Positions 1 to 8,854 of a DNA stretch of 40,658 nucleotides are shown here, piece after piece. Location: positions 1 to 40,658 of the forward strand of contig CAMDAT010000001.1 of NCBI GenBank assembly GCA_945888825.1, read 5' to 3'. A model generated the notes under the pieces. That model made no database searches, was not told the DNA's origin, and worked only from the letters and a program-made list of their open reading frames with translations. Position 1 is the first letter of the stretch. Every line of letters starts with the position of its first letter. The position numbers were made by a program, and so were the translations under genes. This DNA is from Bifidobacterium breve (GTDB lineage Bacteria; Actinomycetota; Acidimicrobiia; Acidimicrobiales; Microtrichaceae).

Positions 1-110
1 CCACCACAACAACGACCCCGGCGCCTGCAGGACCGAACCTGTTAGCCAACCCATCCTTCGAATCTGACGTTTTTGGATCAACCTTCACGAACTGGACGGT
101 GACCCCATGA
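1..110 (+). CDS. 3' end of a 5'-truncated CDS: Thr/Pro-rich linker followed by the N-terminal strand of a CBM4/9-like (galactose-binding fold) module
   Basis: Not in the ORF track. Frame 3 is open from the window edge and reads [35 protein letters not shown]-stop(108-110). NLLxNPxFE...W is the typical start of CBM4/9-type domains. The stop overlaps the next ATG (ATGA, 107-110). Confidence 0.75.
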   Translation, partial: TTTTTPAPAGPNLLANPSFESDVFGSTFTNWTVTP

Positions 111-688
111 GCGGCATGCAGATCTTTGTGAAGACTCTGACAGGCAAAACAATCACCCTTGATGTCGAATCAAGTGACTCGATAGAAAACGTCAAACAGA
201 AGATCCAAGACAAAGAGGGTCTAGCCCCAGACATGCTGAGGCTGATCTTTGCAGGGCAGAAACTCGAAGACGGTCGCACGCTGGCCGACTACACGATCTC
301 GAAAGAAGCGACCCTTCACCTGATCTACCTAACTGGTGTGGTCACCTACGACTTGATGAACACCACGGGTGCACCGCCACTAGGTGCATCAAATCTTGCT
401 CACCTGACCGACGGTGCAAGCCTTGCGCAGCGGGTCACCGGCATCTCTCCGGGAGAGTACGTCCTCACCTTTTATTCCTCCGGAGATATCAGTTTTGCAG
501 TCGAATTCTTCGACTCGGCCGAGGCATCCGTCGGAGTGTCCTCAGGATCGGCAAGCAGCGCGGCCAACGATCTTGGACCCGTCACACTCAACGTCATGGC
601 ACCAACTGGGTCGGCAAGCGCCGAGGTTCGATTCGTAGGAGTTAACTCTTCGGTACTACTTGACCTGGTGCACTTCGGCACCGCCTAG
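107..688 (+). CDS. Ubiquitin-domain protein (eukaryote-like ubiquitin without diGly) fused to a C-terminal beta-sandwich, CBM-like region
   Basis: From 116 it reads [70 protein letters not shown]. The C-terminal part ([18 protein letters not shown]...AVEFFD...[18 protein letters not shown]...LLDLVHF) has a jelly-roll-like strand pattern. Confidence 0.9.
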   Translation: MSGMQIFVKTLTGKTITLDVESSDSIENVKQKIQDKEGLAPDMLRLIFAGQKLEDGRTLADYTISKEATLHLIYLTGVVTYDLMNTTGAPPLGASNLAHLTDGASLAQRVTGISPGEYVLTFYSSGDISFAVEFFDSAEASVGVSSGSASSAANDLGPVTLNVMAPTGSASAEVRFVGVNSSVLLDLVHFGTA

Positions 689-711
689 CTACTCGCACCA
701 GCTTCTCGCCG

Positions 712-1854
712 TTAGACACCATCGGTGCGCATGAGCCGCCAGATGGTCGCCCAGATACGTCGCTGTACCGGTTCCACTCGGTCAGATGACCAGAGTGCCC
801 AGGGCGGTTCCGCTAGTGCACAGAGCCCAAGCAGCGCCTCCTCATAGTTCACCCTCCAACCCGCCCAATCGCGCCATGCTTGGTCTTGGTCAGCTACGAG
901 CGGTACACCCGCTGCGGCCATGGAATCCCAACACTCGTTGAATTCCGAGCGGCTGACTCTGATCGGGTCGTTTGGCTGAGGAAGGGGATTGAACGGAATC
1001 GAGAACTGCGCAGCAACCTCTTGTAGGCACAAGAAGCCCGAGCGCAGACACAACGCAGCGGACGGCTCGTGAGGGAGGTCAACTGCTGCGTCGATCAGTG
1101 CCGCCGAGTCAAGCAACGCTCCAGCGGCCGTCACCCAAGACCGCCCTTCACCCGAGCGAAAGTAGACCAGCGACGGGTATGAGGAATGCGACTCCTCAAC
1201 AAACGAGAACCAGTCCTCCCATTCAGCCCAGGTTTCTTCAAGATTCTCAAGGCCACGAATGGACTGTTGGCGAATAACAAAATTGGCAGCCGAGGGTGGC
1301 TGACCGGCCCGGCTAGATAGCTGAGCTACCAGAATCTCACGCTGGGAATATGCGCTGTAGATGGTGGGCAGAAATGAGATGAGCAACCCCACTAACCCGA
1401 GTCCAATGAGCGCTTCAAGTATTTCGACCAATCGAGCCGGTGAGGCATCTGCGTTAGCAAATCCCAGCGTGGTGAGCGAGGAGCCCGAGACTTGCAGCGC
1501 CTCGAGCCAACCCATATCGCCAAGCGCCCAGTGCAACGGAGTAAACCCGATAATGACTAACACCGCCCATGTACCGGCAAGCAGTACCAAAGCAACTGGG
1601 GCATACCGCTGGAGAAGTTGCTCTCGGCGATGAGCGCTAGCGCGACGCAGCGGAAGGTCAAGTGAGCGGCGGATAGAAAGAAACACCAATGCAGTCAGCT
1701 TGGGCCGTTCGCCTCGAGGCACTACCACAGTGCGCAACGCGCTCAGAAGAACCGAGCCAACCAACCACAGCCCAGCCGCCACCACAAGGGCTGCTGCCAC
1801 TGCTTGGACAAAATCGCTCAAATTCATGACGCAGACAACGCTCGCTCGACCCAT
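712..1854 (-). CDS. Membrane protein with a two-TM potassium-channel-like (Ion_trans_2) pore region and a cytoplasmic C-terminal domain
   Basis: Several hydrophobic helices and the pore-loop-like EALQVSGSSLTTLGF followed by TM LEALIGLGLVGLLISFLPTIYSAY. The true start may be the ATG at 1827. Confidence 0.7.
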   Translation of the reverse strand: MGRASVVCVMNLSDFVQAVAAALVVAAGLWLVGSVLLSALRTVVVPRGERPKLTALVFLSIRRSLDLPLRRASAHRREQLLQRYAPVALVLLAGTWAVLVIIGFTPLHWALGDMGWLEALQVSGSSLTTLGFANADASPARLVEILEALIGLGLVGLLISFLPTIYSAYSQREILVAQLSSRAGQPPSAANFVIRQQSIRGLENLEETWAEWEDWFSFVEESHSSYPSLVYFRSGEGRSWVTAAGALLDSAALIDAAVDLPHEPSAALCLRSGFLCLQEVAAQFSIPFNPLPQPNDPIRVSRSEFNECWDSMAAAGVPLVADQDQAWRDWAGWRVNYEEALLGLCALAEPPWALWSSDRVEPVQRRIWATIWRLMRTDGV

Positions 1855-1937
1855 GAGGAGGGCGCCAATTGCATTGAATGTGGGCAGGACTCCGCACCGT
1901 TACTCATCACAGATTCGCGAGGCTACTGCGAACGCCT

Positions 1938-2354
1938 TCACTCAAGCAGTGCCGGCAGATCAACATCCGAGAGCAGCGCCACAAGATCAAGTTGGTTGAG
2001 CTTGGCACCCGAGGGCCGATTGCCGCCAGGGGTGAGCGCATCGACTGCAGTCGGAATGATCCGGGCAAGCCCTTCGGCCACCTGATCAGGGGTCGCCCCG
2101 AGGTGCTCAGCCATAGCTGCGATTCGCCCCCGGCCAATCGCCCGCTTGACTGAACCCTCATCGGTGCGTTCGTTTGGGATCGAGCCCACCCAGCTCTCTA
2201 CTTTGGCCTCGTCGCCAGCATCGTTAAATCCTGCCAACAAGTCGGACAGTCCATCGGTGCGAATCATCTCACCAAGCTGCGCAACAAGCGCCGTGCCGTC
2301 ACCAAATTGTTCACTCAACGATTGGGCCCCCGAGTGGTTTGACTCCGACATCAT
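1938..2354 (-). CDS. YidB family (DUF937) protein
   Basis: GLSDLLAGFNDAG...VESWVG...N and LARIIPTAVDALTPGG are characteristic YidB motifs. Confidence 0.8.
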   Translation of the reverse strand: MMSESNHSGAQSLSEQFGDGTALVAQLGEMIRTDGLSDLLAGFNDAGDEAKVESWVGSIPNERTDEGSVKRAIGRGRIAAMAEHLGATPDQVAEGLARIIPTAVDALTPGGNRPSGAKLNQLDLVALLSDVDLPALLE

Positions 2355-2520
2355 TGCCTCAGTTCTTCTGTTCTTTCGCGCTCACCCTTGCGGTCCGCTT
2401 AGGAAAGTCAGGCTAGTAGGCAGTTCTCGGCCATTGGGTTGCAGGAAGGTCGATATACGACCAGTGTGCAACCCAATAGCCAAATGCCCGGAGCACCTAC
2501 ACCAGCCTTGCCAACTAGGG

Positions 2521-4185
2521 CTAGCCAGCAGCGGCAGCGCTCGCCGAATCTCGCTCCGAGTCAGGCTGCTCCTCGGACTTGGCCTCATGCGGCAAGTCTT
2601 TGGTGAATGCAAGCGAGAGCAGAGCTAGCAGCGCAGCCGCAAGCAGACCCGTCTTGAGGGCCTGCAGCTGAGCGGACTCGTAGCTGTCAACAATCGCCGT
2701 GCTTGTTTCCTCGTCTAACCCAGCTTCTTGCACTGCCTGCTCAATCTGTGAGGAATCCACAAAGTCCACCCCAGACTCAACGGCCACACTGACCTGAGCT
2801 GACACTTCGGCGCTGATGCGGTCGTCTTGTTCAACCTTGGTCACGAACACTCCTGTCAACCCGGCCAGCACGATCGCCCCGATGAGCGCCACACCCAGAG
2901 AAGACCCAAGCTGTTGACCGGTGTACTGCAAACCGCCGGCCTCGCCCCGACCAGATACGTCAACCGAGGACTGCACCACATTGCCCAGCTGCGACACCAT
3001 CAGGCCCATGCCAATTCCGAGAATCGCCATCGACCCGGCAAACCCGAGATTGGCAAGGTCCGGTTTGATGCTGATGAGTAGCAAGATCGCAGCCATCATC
3101 GTGGTGATCAGCCCAGCACGCACAATTGTCCTCACCGAGAACCTGCTCGAGAGTCGAGAACCTGCCGCAGAGGCAACGAGCATGGTGACCGATACGGGCA
3201 ACATCTTGACGCCTGTCTCAAGAGCGTCCAAGCCGATCACCAACTGCAGGTACAACGGAATCACAAAGAACACGCCCATCAGGATCAGGTTCTGGCTAAA
3301 CAGGCCAATCAAGCCCGAGCGCAAGGGCGGAATCTTTAACAGGTCAAGGTGTACCAGCGGGTCTGTACCGATGGCCTCGCGATGGCGTTGCCACCGCAAG
3401 AACCCCCACAAGGCGACACCACCTGCAGTGATCACAAAAATGGTGAGCGAGAACCCGAAGATTTCAACGGGCGAATCCTTGGGTCGCAACCAACCCCAAG
3501 AACTGGATTGCAGAACTCCAAGAACAACTAGGCCAAGCCCGGTCGCAGCCAACAAGCTCCCCAAAAAGTCGAGCCGCGGAACTGTGCCTGTTCGGGGGGT
3601 GTCGGTGATCAGGCGACTCATGGCCAGAATGACGAGCACAAGAATCACTTCACCGACAAAGACCACCCGCCACGAAAGTTCAGTTGTGGCCCAGCCACCC
3701 AGGATGGGGCCCAAGGCAATTCCGGCACCAGCCACCCCGCCTATGACGGCGTAGGCAGCTTTGCGGTCAGCGCCCTCATAGTTGCCAGCGATCAGCGCCG
3801 CGAGAGCTGGCAGAACCAGTGCAGCACCGATGCCCTCCATGACAGACCAACCCAGCGTGAGAATTGCCACCGTGGGGGCAATCGCAGTGACGGCCGAGCC
3901 GCAGCCATAAATGACCAGGCCGACAACAAATGCTCGGCGGCGGCCGATGATGTCGCCGATTTTGCCGCCTGTCAGCATGAACATCGCCATGACTAAGCAA
4001 TACAAGGTGATCACGGCTTGGATCGTTGTAACCGTGGTGTTGAAGTCGTCCACAAGTGTGCTGATAGACACGTTCATTACTGACTGATCCAAGACCATGA
4101 CGAACTGAGCAGTTCCGAGTGCGACAAGCGGTAGCCATCGCTTGTTGCTCTTCGGTACCGACCCCAAAGAACTCGCGTTAGACAC
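2521..4185 (-). CDS. MFS transporter, DHA2 (14-TM, EmrB/QacA-like) family
   Basis: FVMVLDQSVMNVS, motif A GGKIGDIIGRRR, GPILGG and SWRVVF. Start reassigned to the in-frame GTG at 4185, which is preceded by a GGAGGAG RBS. Confidence 0.88.
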   Translation of the reverse strand: MSNASSLGSVPKSNKRWLPLVALGTAQFVMVLDQSVMNVSISTLVDDFNTTVTTIQAVITLYCLVMAMFMLTGGKIGDIIGRRRAFVVGLVIYGCGSAVTAIAPTVAILTLGWSVMEGIGAALVLPALAALIAGNYEGADRKAAYAVIGGVAGAGIALGPILGGWATTELSWRVVFVGEVILVLVILAMSRLITDTPRTGTVPRLDFLGSLLAATGLGLVVLGVLQSSSWGWLRPKDSPVEIFGFSLTIFVITAGGVALWGFLRWQRHREAIGTDPLVHLDLLKIPPLRSGLIGLFSQNLILMGVFFVIPLYLQLVIGLDALETGVKMLPVSVTMLVASAAGSRLSSRFSVRTIVRAGLITTMMAAILLLISIKPDLANLGFAGSMAILGIGMGLMVSQLGNVVQSSVDVSGRGEAGGLQYTGQQLGSSLGVALIGAIVLAGLTGVFVTKVEQDDRISAEVSAQVSVAVESGVDFVDSSQIEQAVQEAGLDEETSTAIVDSYESAQLQALKTGLLAAALLALLSLAFTKDLPHEAKSEEQPDSERDSASAAAAG

Positions 4186-4198
4186 GTTCTCCTCCAAA

Positions 4199-5449
4199 CT
4201 AGTCAGTTGCCTTTTTCCGCTCAATCACCGCCGTGGACTTGAGAACATTGTGTGCCACGAAGGACTGCTCGCTCGCTGCTCGGGCATCTAAGAGGTCAGC
4301 TTTGCGAGCATGACCTTCTGCCGCGTCTTCGCCACCGGCGAAAATAACAAAATCAACTAGGTGTAGCGCTAGCTGCTGATCAGCCCCAGTACCCGCAGAC
4401 AACTCGTCCACCCTGGCAAAAATCGTCTCGCTACCCCCCGTCATAGCCAGAACCTCGGCTGCGATATCTGCTCGGGTAGAGGGAAAGAGCATGGACGGGT
4501 TCCCGTCGTACCAGCCCACATACCGGCGCAGCAGGTCACGAACAGCAAACGAGGTACAGCCATAGAGGGGCTGAAGATAGGTGCTCTCCGCCAACTCTTG
4601 AGGCAATTCAACCTCGTCCAAAATCTGCTCCTGCCACTGGCCTTCATTCAGTCGGCGCACAACTTCGGCGTCGAGCCACCGGAGCGAAGCAGCAGTCACG
4701 CTCAGCATCTCTTCGGCATCCTCGGTGAACACACCTCCGTGTCCACTCACTACTGCCACGGGGTGAACTGCAGCCATCTCTTCGAGCGCCTCGGCCCATT
4801 CCAGAACGTATCGCTGCACTCTGAATGGCGTCCCCGCATTTGGCATCGAGGAAACAATGAAGTCTCCTCCGACGATGACCCGTGCGTCGGGCACCCAAAC
4901 CCAGGTGTGGTCATCCGTCTCGCCTAGACCGTGGCGGCATTCGATCACCCGATCTCCAAGGCCATCGAGCTCAAGTCGATCCTCATACGAAATCGTGGGA
5001 GGGCAGTACTTCGCCTTGCGAACCACATCACCTCCGCCTTCCCCCCAACTTGCGAACTGCAGATCAAAAGTCTGCGCCAGGTGACCCGAGGTCTTTGCAT
5101 ATCGCTCAAAACGCTTCGCGACGTTGACATGCCCAACAATCTCTGGAGGCTGATGGCCGCGGGCTTGGGCATCTTCGAGGATCGCTGGGGTTCCGAATGC
5201 ATGGTCGTAGTGGCCATGGGTGTAGATCACGTAGCGGACTTCGAGGTCAGTAATTGCTCGCAGTTCCTCTACAACCCTGGGCCCGTTAATAAACAGTCCG
5301 GGATCAACCACGGCGACACCCTCGGACCCAAGCACAAACGTCGTGTTGCCAAACCCTGCAAGGAAATACACCCCTGGCGCAATCTCTTTCGCTCCACGTG
5401 GCCTGGCGGATGCTCCGAGTGCCTCTGGTCCGGGTCGTTGTTCGTTCAT
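4199..5449 (-). CDS. Alkyl/aryl-sulfatase-like metallo-beta-lactamase fold hydrolase (SdsA1/BDS1-like)
   Basis: THGHYDH metal motif, GETDDH, GDF, SGHG and the dimerisation-domain motif RRYVGWYDGNP. The start is uncertain; ATG 5449 is preferred over 5482. Confidence 0.85.
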   Translation of the reverse strand: MNEQRPGPEALGASARPRGAKEIAPGVYFLAGFGNTTFVLGSEGVAVVDPGLFINGPRVVEELRAITDLEVRYVIYTHGHYDHAFGTPAILEDAQARGHQPPEIVGHVNVAKRFERYAKTSGHLAQTFDLQFASWGEGGGDVVRKAKYCPPTISYEDRLELDGLGDRVIECRHGLGETDDHTWVWVPDARVIVGGDFIVSSMPNAGTPFRVQRYVLEWAEALEEMAAVHPVAVVSGHGGVFTEDAEEMLSVTAASLRWLDAEVVRRLNEGQWQEQILDEVELPQELAESTYLQPLYGCTSFAVRDLLRRYVGWYDGNPSMLFPSTRADIAAEVLAMTGGSETIFARVDELSAGTGADQQLALHLVDFVIFAGGEDAAEGHARKADLLDARAASEQSFVAHNVLKSTAVIERKKATD

Positions 5450-5513
5450 ATCAGTCACCTTAGCGATCAGGCTTGGGCCCAATCTTCAATCCGATGGGCC
5501 TATAGGGTCGAGC

Positions 5514-6344
5514 ATGGCCGATTTGGCGCAGCCCACTGCACAATTCAAGACACAAGATGACCTGCCACCTGAAGTAACTGTGGCGCTAGTCCAACTTTGT
5601 TCTGAAGAGACAGAGCCAACTGCGGACCGGATCGAGCGAGCGCTGAGCCTTGCGACCCAAGCCGCCCAGAGTGCAGACCTTGTGGTCTTGCCTGAACTCT
5701 GGCTTGCTGGAGCGTTTGACGTGCAGGCCTCAGGGCGTTTGGCGCAGCCCTTGAAGGGTCCGCTGGTTCAACAGTTCCAAGAACTCGCAGCTCGCCACCA
5801 GACTTGGATTCACATGGGTTCGATCGCTGAAAGCGAAGCCCGCTTCACCTATAACACTTCGGTCCTCATCAATGCTCAGGGGCAGGTCGGCTGCACCTAC
5901 CGCAAGCGCCACTTGTTTGGGTTTGACGGGGGCGAACTTGATGTCATGACAGCTGGGGAAGAACTTGTTGTTGCCAACACGCCGATAGGACCAGCGGGCC
6001 TTGCAACATGTTACGACCTTCGTTTCCCCGAGCAGTTCCGCAGTCTGGTCGACCTTGGAGCCACTGCATTCCTGATGGCATCGGGATGGCCCGCGGAGCG
6101 AATTGAACACTGGCGCGTTCTGCTGAAAGCACGAGCTATCGAAAACCAGGCTTGGATGATTGCCTGCAACGGAGTTGGCACTCAGTGCGGAACCACACTT
6201 GGGGGCCTATCGGCGGTGATCGACCCACTGGGCAAAGTGGTGGCTGAGGCCGGCACAGAAGAGGAACTGCTCTTCGCTCAGGTCAACCCGTCGGCGGCTA
6301 CGGCGTGGCGAGCCGAGTTCCCGACGCTCATGGATCGGCGCTGA
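5514..6344 (+). CDS. Carbon-nitrogen hydrolase (nitrilase/amidase superfamily)
   Basis: Glu-Lys-Cys triad in LPELW, YRKRHLF and TCYDLRFPE, plus ARAIENQ. Start set at ATG 5514 to avoid overlap with the divergent gene. Confidence 0.9.
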   Translation: MADLAQPTAQFKTQDDLPPEVTVALVQLCSEETEPTADRIERALSLATQAAQSADLVVLPELWLAGAFDVQASGRLAQPLKGPLVQQFQELAARHQTWIHMGSIAESEARFTYNTSVLINAQGQVGCTYRKRHLFGFDGGELDVMTAGEELVVANTPIGPAGLATCYDLRFPEQFRSLVDLGATAFLMASGWPAERIEHWRVLLKARAIENQAWMIACNGVGTQCGTTLGGLSAVIDPLGKVVAEAGTEEELLFAQVNPSAATAWRAEFPTLMDRR

Positions 6345-6455
6345 GCTCCCCTCCGGCCACGTCCATCAAAATGGCAGCGTTCCTCGCCGTTCGAATGATA
6401 TCTTTTCGCTGCAGATCAAGATCACCGACCCGCAACTAACCGAAGTGGAGTCCGC

Positions 6456-6923
6456 ATGAAAAAGTTCCTGACTATCGCAACCCTCATCACTGCCGTCCTC
6501 TTCATCGGAGCGGCTTGCAGTAGCTCAGAGGATGCTGCTCCCACCAGTACAAAAGCCGATGCTGCTTCTAGTGCGCCTACCACTGTTGCTGCCGATAGCG
6601 GATCAGATAGCGGATCAGACAGCGGATCAGACAGCGGAACAGATGCAGGCTCCACGGGCGATCCGGACGTTGATGCTCTTTGTGCGATCTCAAAAGACAT
6701 GGCCGAAAAGATGTCTGCGAACCCGGATCCAGCCCAAATGAAGGCGATCGGCGAGGAATACCAAGACCAGTTGAAAGAACTTTCGGGGAAGCTGTCGAAA
6801 AAGTACAACCCAAGCAATCCCCCCTCTGTGGCAACAGCCAAAGCAATGGGTACCTGCTTAGCTGAAGCGATGTCCATCACTTCTGGAATCAAGATGTCAG
6901 AGATGCCCGGCAGTGGAAACTAA
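6456..6923 (+). CDS. Hypothetical lipoprotein with a low-complexity DSGS linker
   Basis: MKK plus hydrophobic stretch and lipobox GAAC, preceded by a GGAG RBS. A Ser/Thr/Asp linker leads to a small helical domain with two Cys. Confidence 0.75.
   Translation: MKKFLTIATLITAVLFIGAACSSSEDAAPTSTKADAASSAPTTVAADSGSDSGSDSGSDSGTDAGSTGDPDVDALCAISKDMAEKMSANPDPAQMKAIGEEYQDQLKELSGKLSKKYNPSNPPSVATAKAMGTCLAEAMSITSGIKMSEMPGSGN
6594..6641 (+). repeat. In-frame 12-bp tandem repeat x4 (GAYAGCGGAWCA; DSGS/DSGT)
   Basis: gatagcggatca gatagcggatca gacagcggatca gacagcggaaca read directly. Confidence 0.9.
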
Positions 6924-6961
6924 TCGCTGCAGCTGACTGATCGACCGTTGGGAGAAACAGT

Positions 6962-8854
6962 TCAGGGTTCTCGCTTGATCGTGATGACCTGATTGCCCTT
7001 CACGTCGCTCAACTGTTGCGCCTTGGATTCACCTGGCCAGTACACGTCAATTTTTGCCACCGACTTCCTGTTACCTAGGCCAACATGCAGCTCGGGAAGT
7101 TTCTGCGATTCATAGGAACCACCAGTCGAGATCTCGCCCACCACTGGCTTCTCACCGGCCTTGACCGTGACCTCGACGCGCGCACCGATTCCGTTGCGAT
7201 TACCCGGGGTTCCCGCATCCTCTAGGCGCACATCTAGCCACCCTCGTGCAGGGGTGTTGTTCTGAAACAGCCTTGGCGGATCTTCGCTCTTGGCCATGAT
7301 CAAATCAAGGTTTCCATCACGGTTGAAGTCCACGGGAACGAGTCCAAGACCCACTCCGAAATCCTCTAAGCCGACTTGGAAAGCAGCATCTTTGTAACCA
7401 TCCTTGGTGGAGACCCAAAAGCGCATCGGGTCTTTCCTAAAGACGTTGAAATAGTCCTGGGTCCAATCACCGTTCTCGGGTCGCAAGGCTTCAGCTGCCG
7501 AGAACCCGTTTGCCATTGCAACTTCAAGGTTCCCGTCATTTCCAAAGTCCTCGATGGCAGATCCCCAACCCCACCAGCCGTGGCGAAGCCCGAACTTGTC
7601 AGTTGCGTCAGTAAATTTCCCGTTGCCATCGTTGAGATAGAGACGGTTTCCGCTGCATCCGGTGATACTGCTCACAATCGGGCAATCGCCAGTCTTGGTC
7701 GGGTACGAGATCGACGAAATCAGCCAGTCGGGATCACCATCACCGTCAATATCGCGAATGGTGGAGCCCATCCCGTTCTCGTCGGTTCCAACGCCAGCCG
7801 CCTCGGTGATGTCTTCAAATCTCTTGCCGTCGACATTGCGATACAACCGACTCGTGCACGCGTCACCCGTGATCGCCAGATCTGGTCGACCATCGCCATC
7901 CACATCGTTCAGAACCGGCGTGAACGCCAGGATCTGGTCGAAGTTCACTCCCCATTCCGCAGTGCCATCGCGAAAGGTTCCGTCCCCATTGTTGATCCAC
8001 AGGCGGCTGCGATTCGGCGAACTGTTCGGGACTCTCGAAAATCCTTCGTTACGGAATTTCTGGGTGCTCTTGCAAATATTTCCAGCGCGATCAAAGCGTT
8101 TATCACCAGATGAGGATTCACGCTGTGCCCCAGCAACCGCTGCGCTCTCTGGCACTGCGGTATCCCACTGCACAGCGACTAAGTCAAGGTTGCCATCAGC
8201 GTTTACGTCACCCACGGTGAGTCCGTGCACCTGATCTCCGTTACGCAATTGGCTTGGCGGCGGTTGAAACACTCCGGCCTCTGCAGTGCGGTCCACAAAA
8301 TTCCCAGTTCCGTCATTCATGTATAGGCGATCAGACTCGGCGCCGATCGCCGCCATGTATACGTCCACATGCCCATCTCCATTGGCATCAAAGAACACCG
8401 CTGGTCCGGTTCCGAACTCGGGGTTCTGACCGCCCAGCCCAACCTCTTTTGCAATGTCCGTGAAGGTGCCGTCTCTGTTGTTTCGATACATCAAGTTCGA
8501 GTCACCAACCCGGGACAAGAAGATGTCGGGCCAGCCATCCTCATCAATATCGACCACTGACACCGCGGCTGACATTCCGTCCTCACCGATTTGGTCTCTG
8601 GTGCTGTGATCGCGATCTAGCCCGGCTTTCTTTGTCACATCAGTAAAGGTGATTCCATTGATGTCTTTTTCAGGGACCTTGGTTGTGGGGTCGGGTATCG
8701 GTTCAGGGGCTAGGCCAACATCGGCGGAATCGGTGCGGACTTTGGTTGTGGTACTTGTAGTCGAGGAGCTATCAGCTTTATTCCCGGCGGAACAAGCAGA
8801 GGCGAACACGCACAAGACCAGCAACGCTGCGCGGCCAAACCTCATGCCCCTCAT
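6962..8854 (-). CDS. CRTAC1-family lipoprotein: FG-GAP/VCBS-like beta-propeller repeats plus C-terminal ASPIC/UnbV domain
   Basis: Lipobox ASAC. Repeated DxDxDGxxD (DIDEDGWPD, DANGDGHVD, DVNADGNLD, DVDGDGRPD, DIDGDGDPD, DFNRDGNLD) and NxGDGTFTD. C-terminal NRNGIGARV...GGSYESQ...LHVGLG...IDVYWPG. Confidence 0.9.
   Translation of the reverse strand: MRGMRFGRAALLVLCVFASACSAGNKADSSSTTSTTTKVRTDSADVGLAPEPIPDPTTKVPEKDINGITFTDVTKKAGLDRDHSTRDQIGEDGMSAAVSVVDIDEDGWPDIFLSRVGDSNLMYRNNRDGTFTDIAKEVGLGGQNPEFGTGPAVFFDANGDGHVDVYMAAIGAESDRLYMNDGTGNFVDRTAEAGVFQPPPSQLRNGDQVHGLTVGDVNADGNLDLVAVQWDTAVPESAAVAGAQRESSSGDKRFDRAGNICKSTQKFRNEGFSRVPNSSPNRSRLWINNGDGTFRDGTAEWGVNFDQILAFTPVLNDVDGDGRPDLAITGDACTSRLYRNVDGKRFEDITEAAGVGTDENGMGSTIRDIDGDGDPDWLISSISYPTKTGDCPIVSSITGCSGNRLYLNDGNGKFTDATDKFGLRHGWWGWGSAIEDFGNDGNLEVAMANGFSAAEALRPENGDWTQDYFNVFRKDPMRFWVSTKDGYKDAAFQVGLEDFGVGLGLVPVDFNRDGNLDLIMAKSEDPPRLFQNNTPARGWLDVRLEDAGTPGNRNGIGARVEVTVKAGEKPVVGEISTGGSYESQKLPELHVGLGNRKSVAKIDVYWPGESKAQQLSDVKGNQVITIKREP

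Noticed and set aside
107-688. A complete bacterial ubiquitination (Bil/Bub/CBASS-like) system
   Set aside because: There is no C-terminal or internal diGly after the Ub fold and no E1, E2 or JAB gene in the window. The region upstream of position 1 cannot be seen.
107-688. Eukaryotic contamination
   Set aside because: The Ub is fused in frame to a bacterial-looking domain, differs from canonical ubiquitin at 15 of 70 sites, overlaps its neighbour by ATGA and abuts bacterial genes. It is not formally excluded without reads.
2921-3754. Long antisense and alternate-frame ORFs (e.g. 2921-3754, 7376-8113, 27120-27740, 30764-31453, 32496-33134)
   Set aside because: They are shadows of well-supported genes on the opposite strand, common at high GC, with no motifs of their own.
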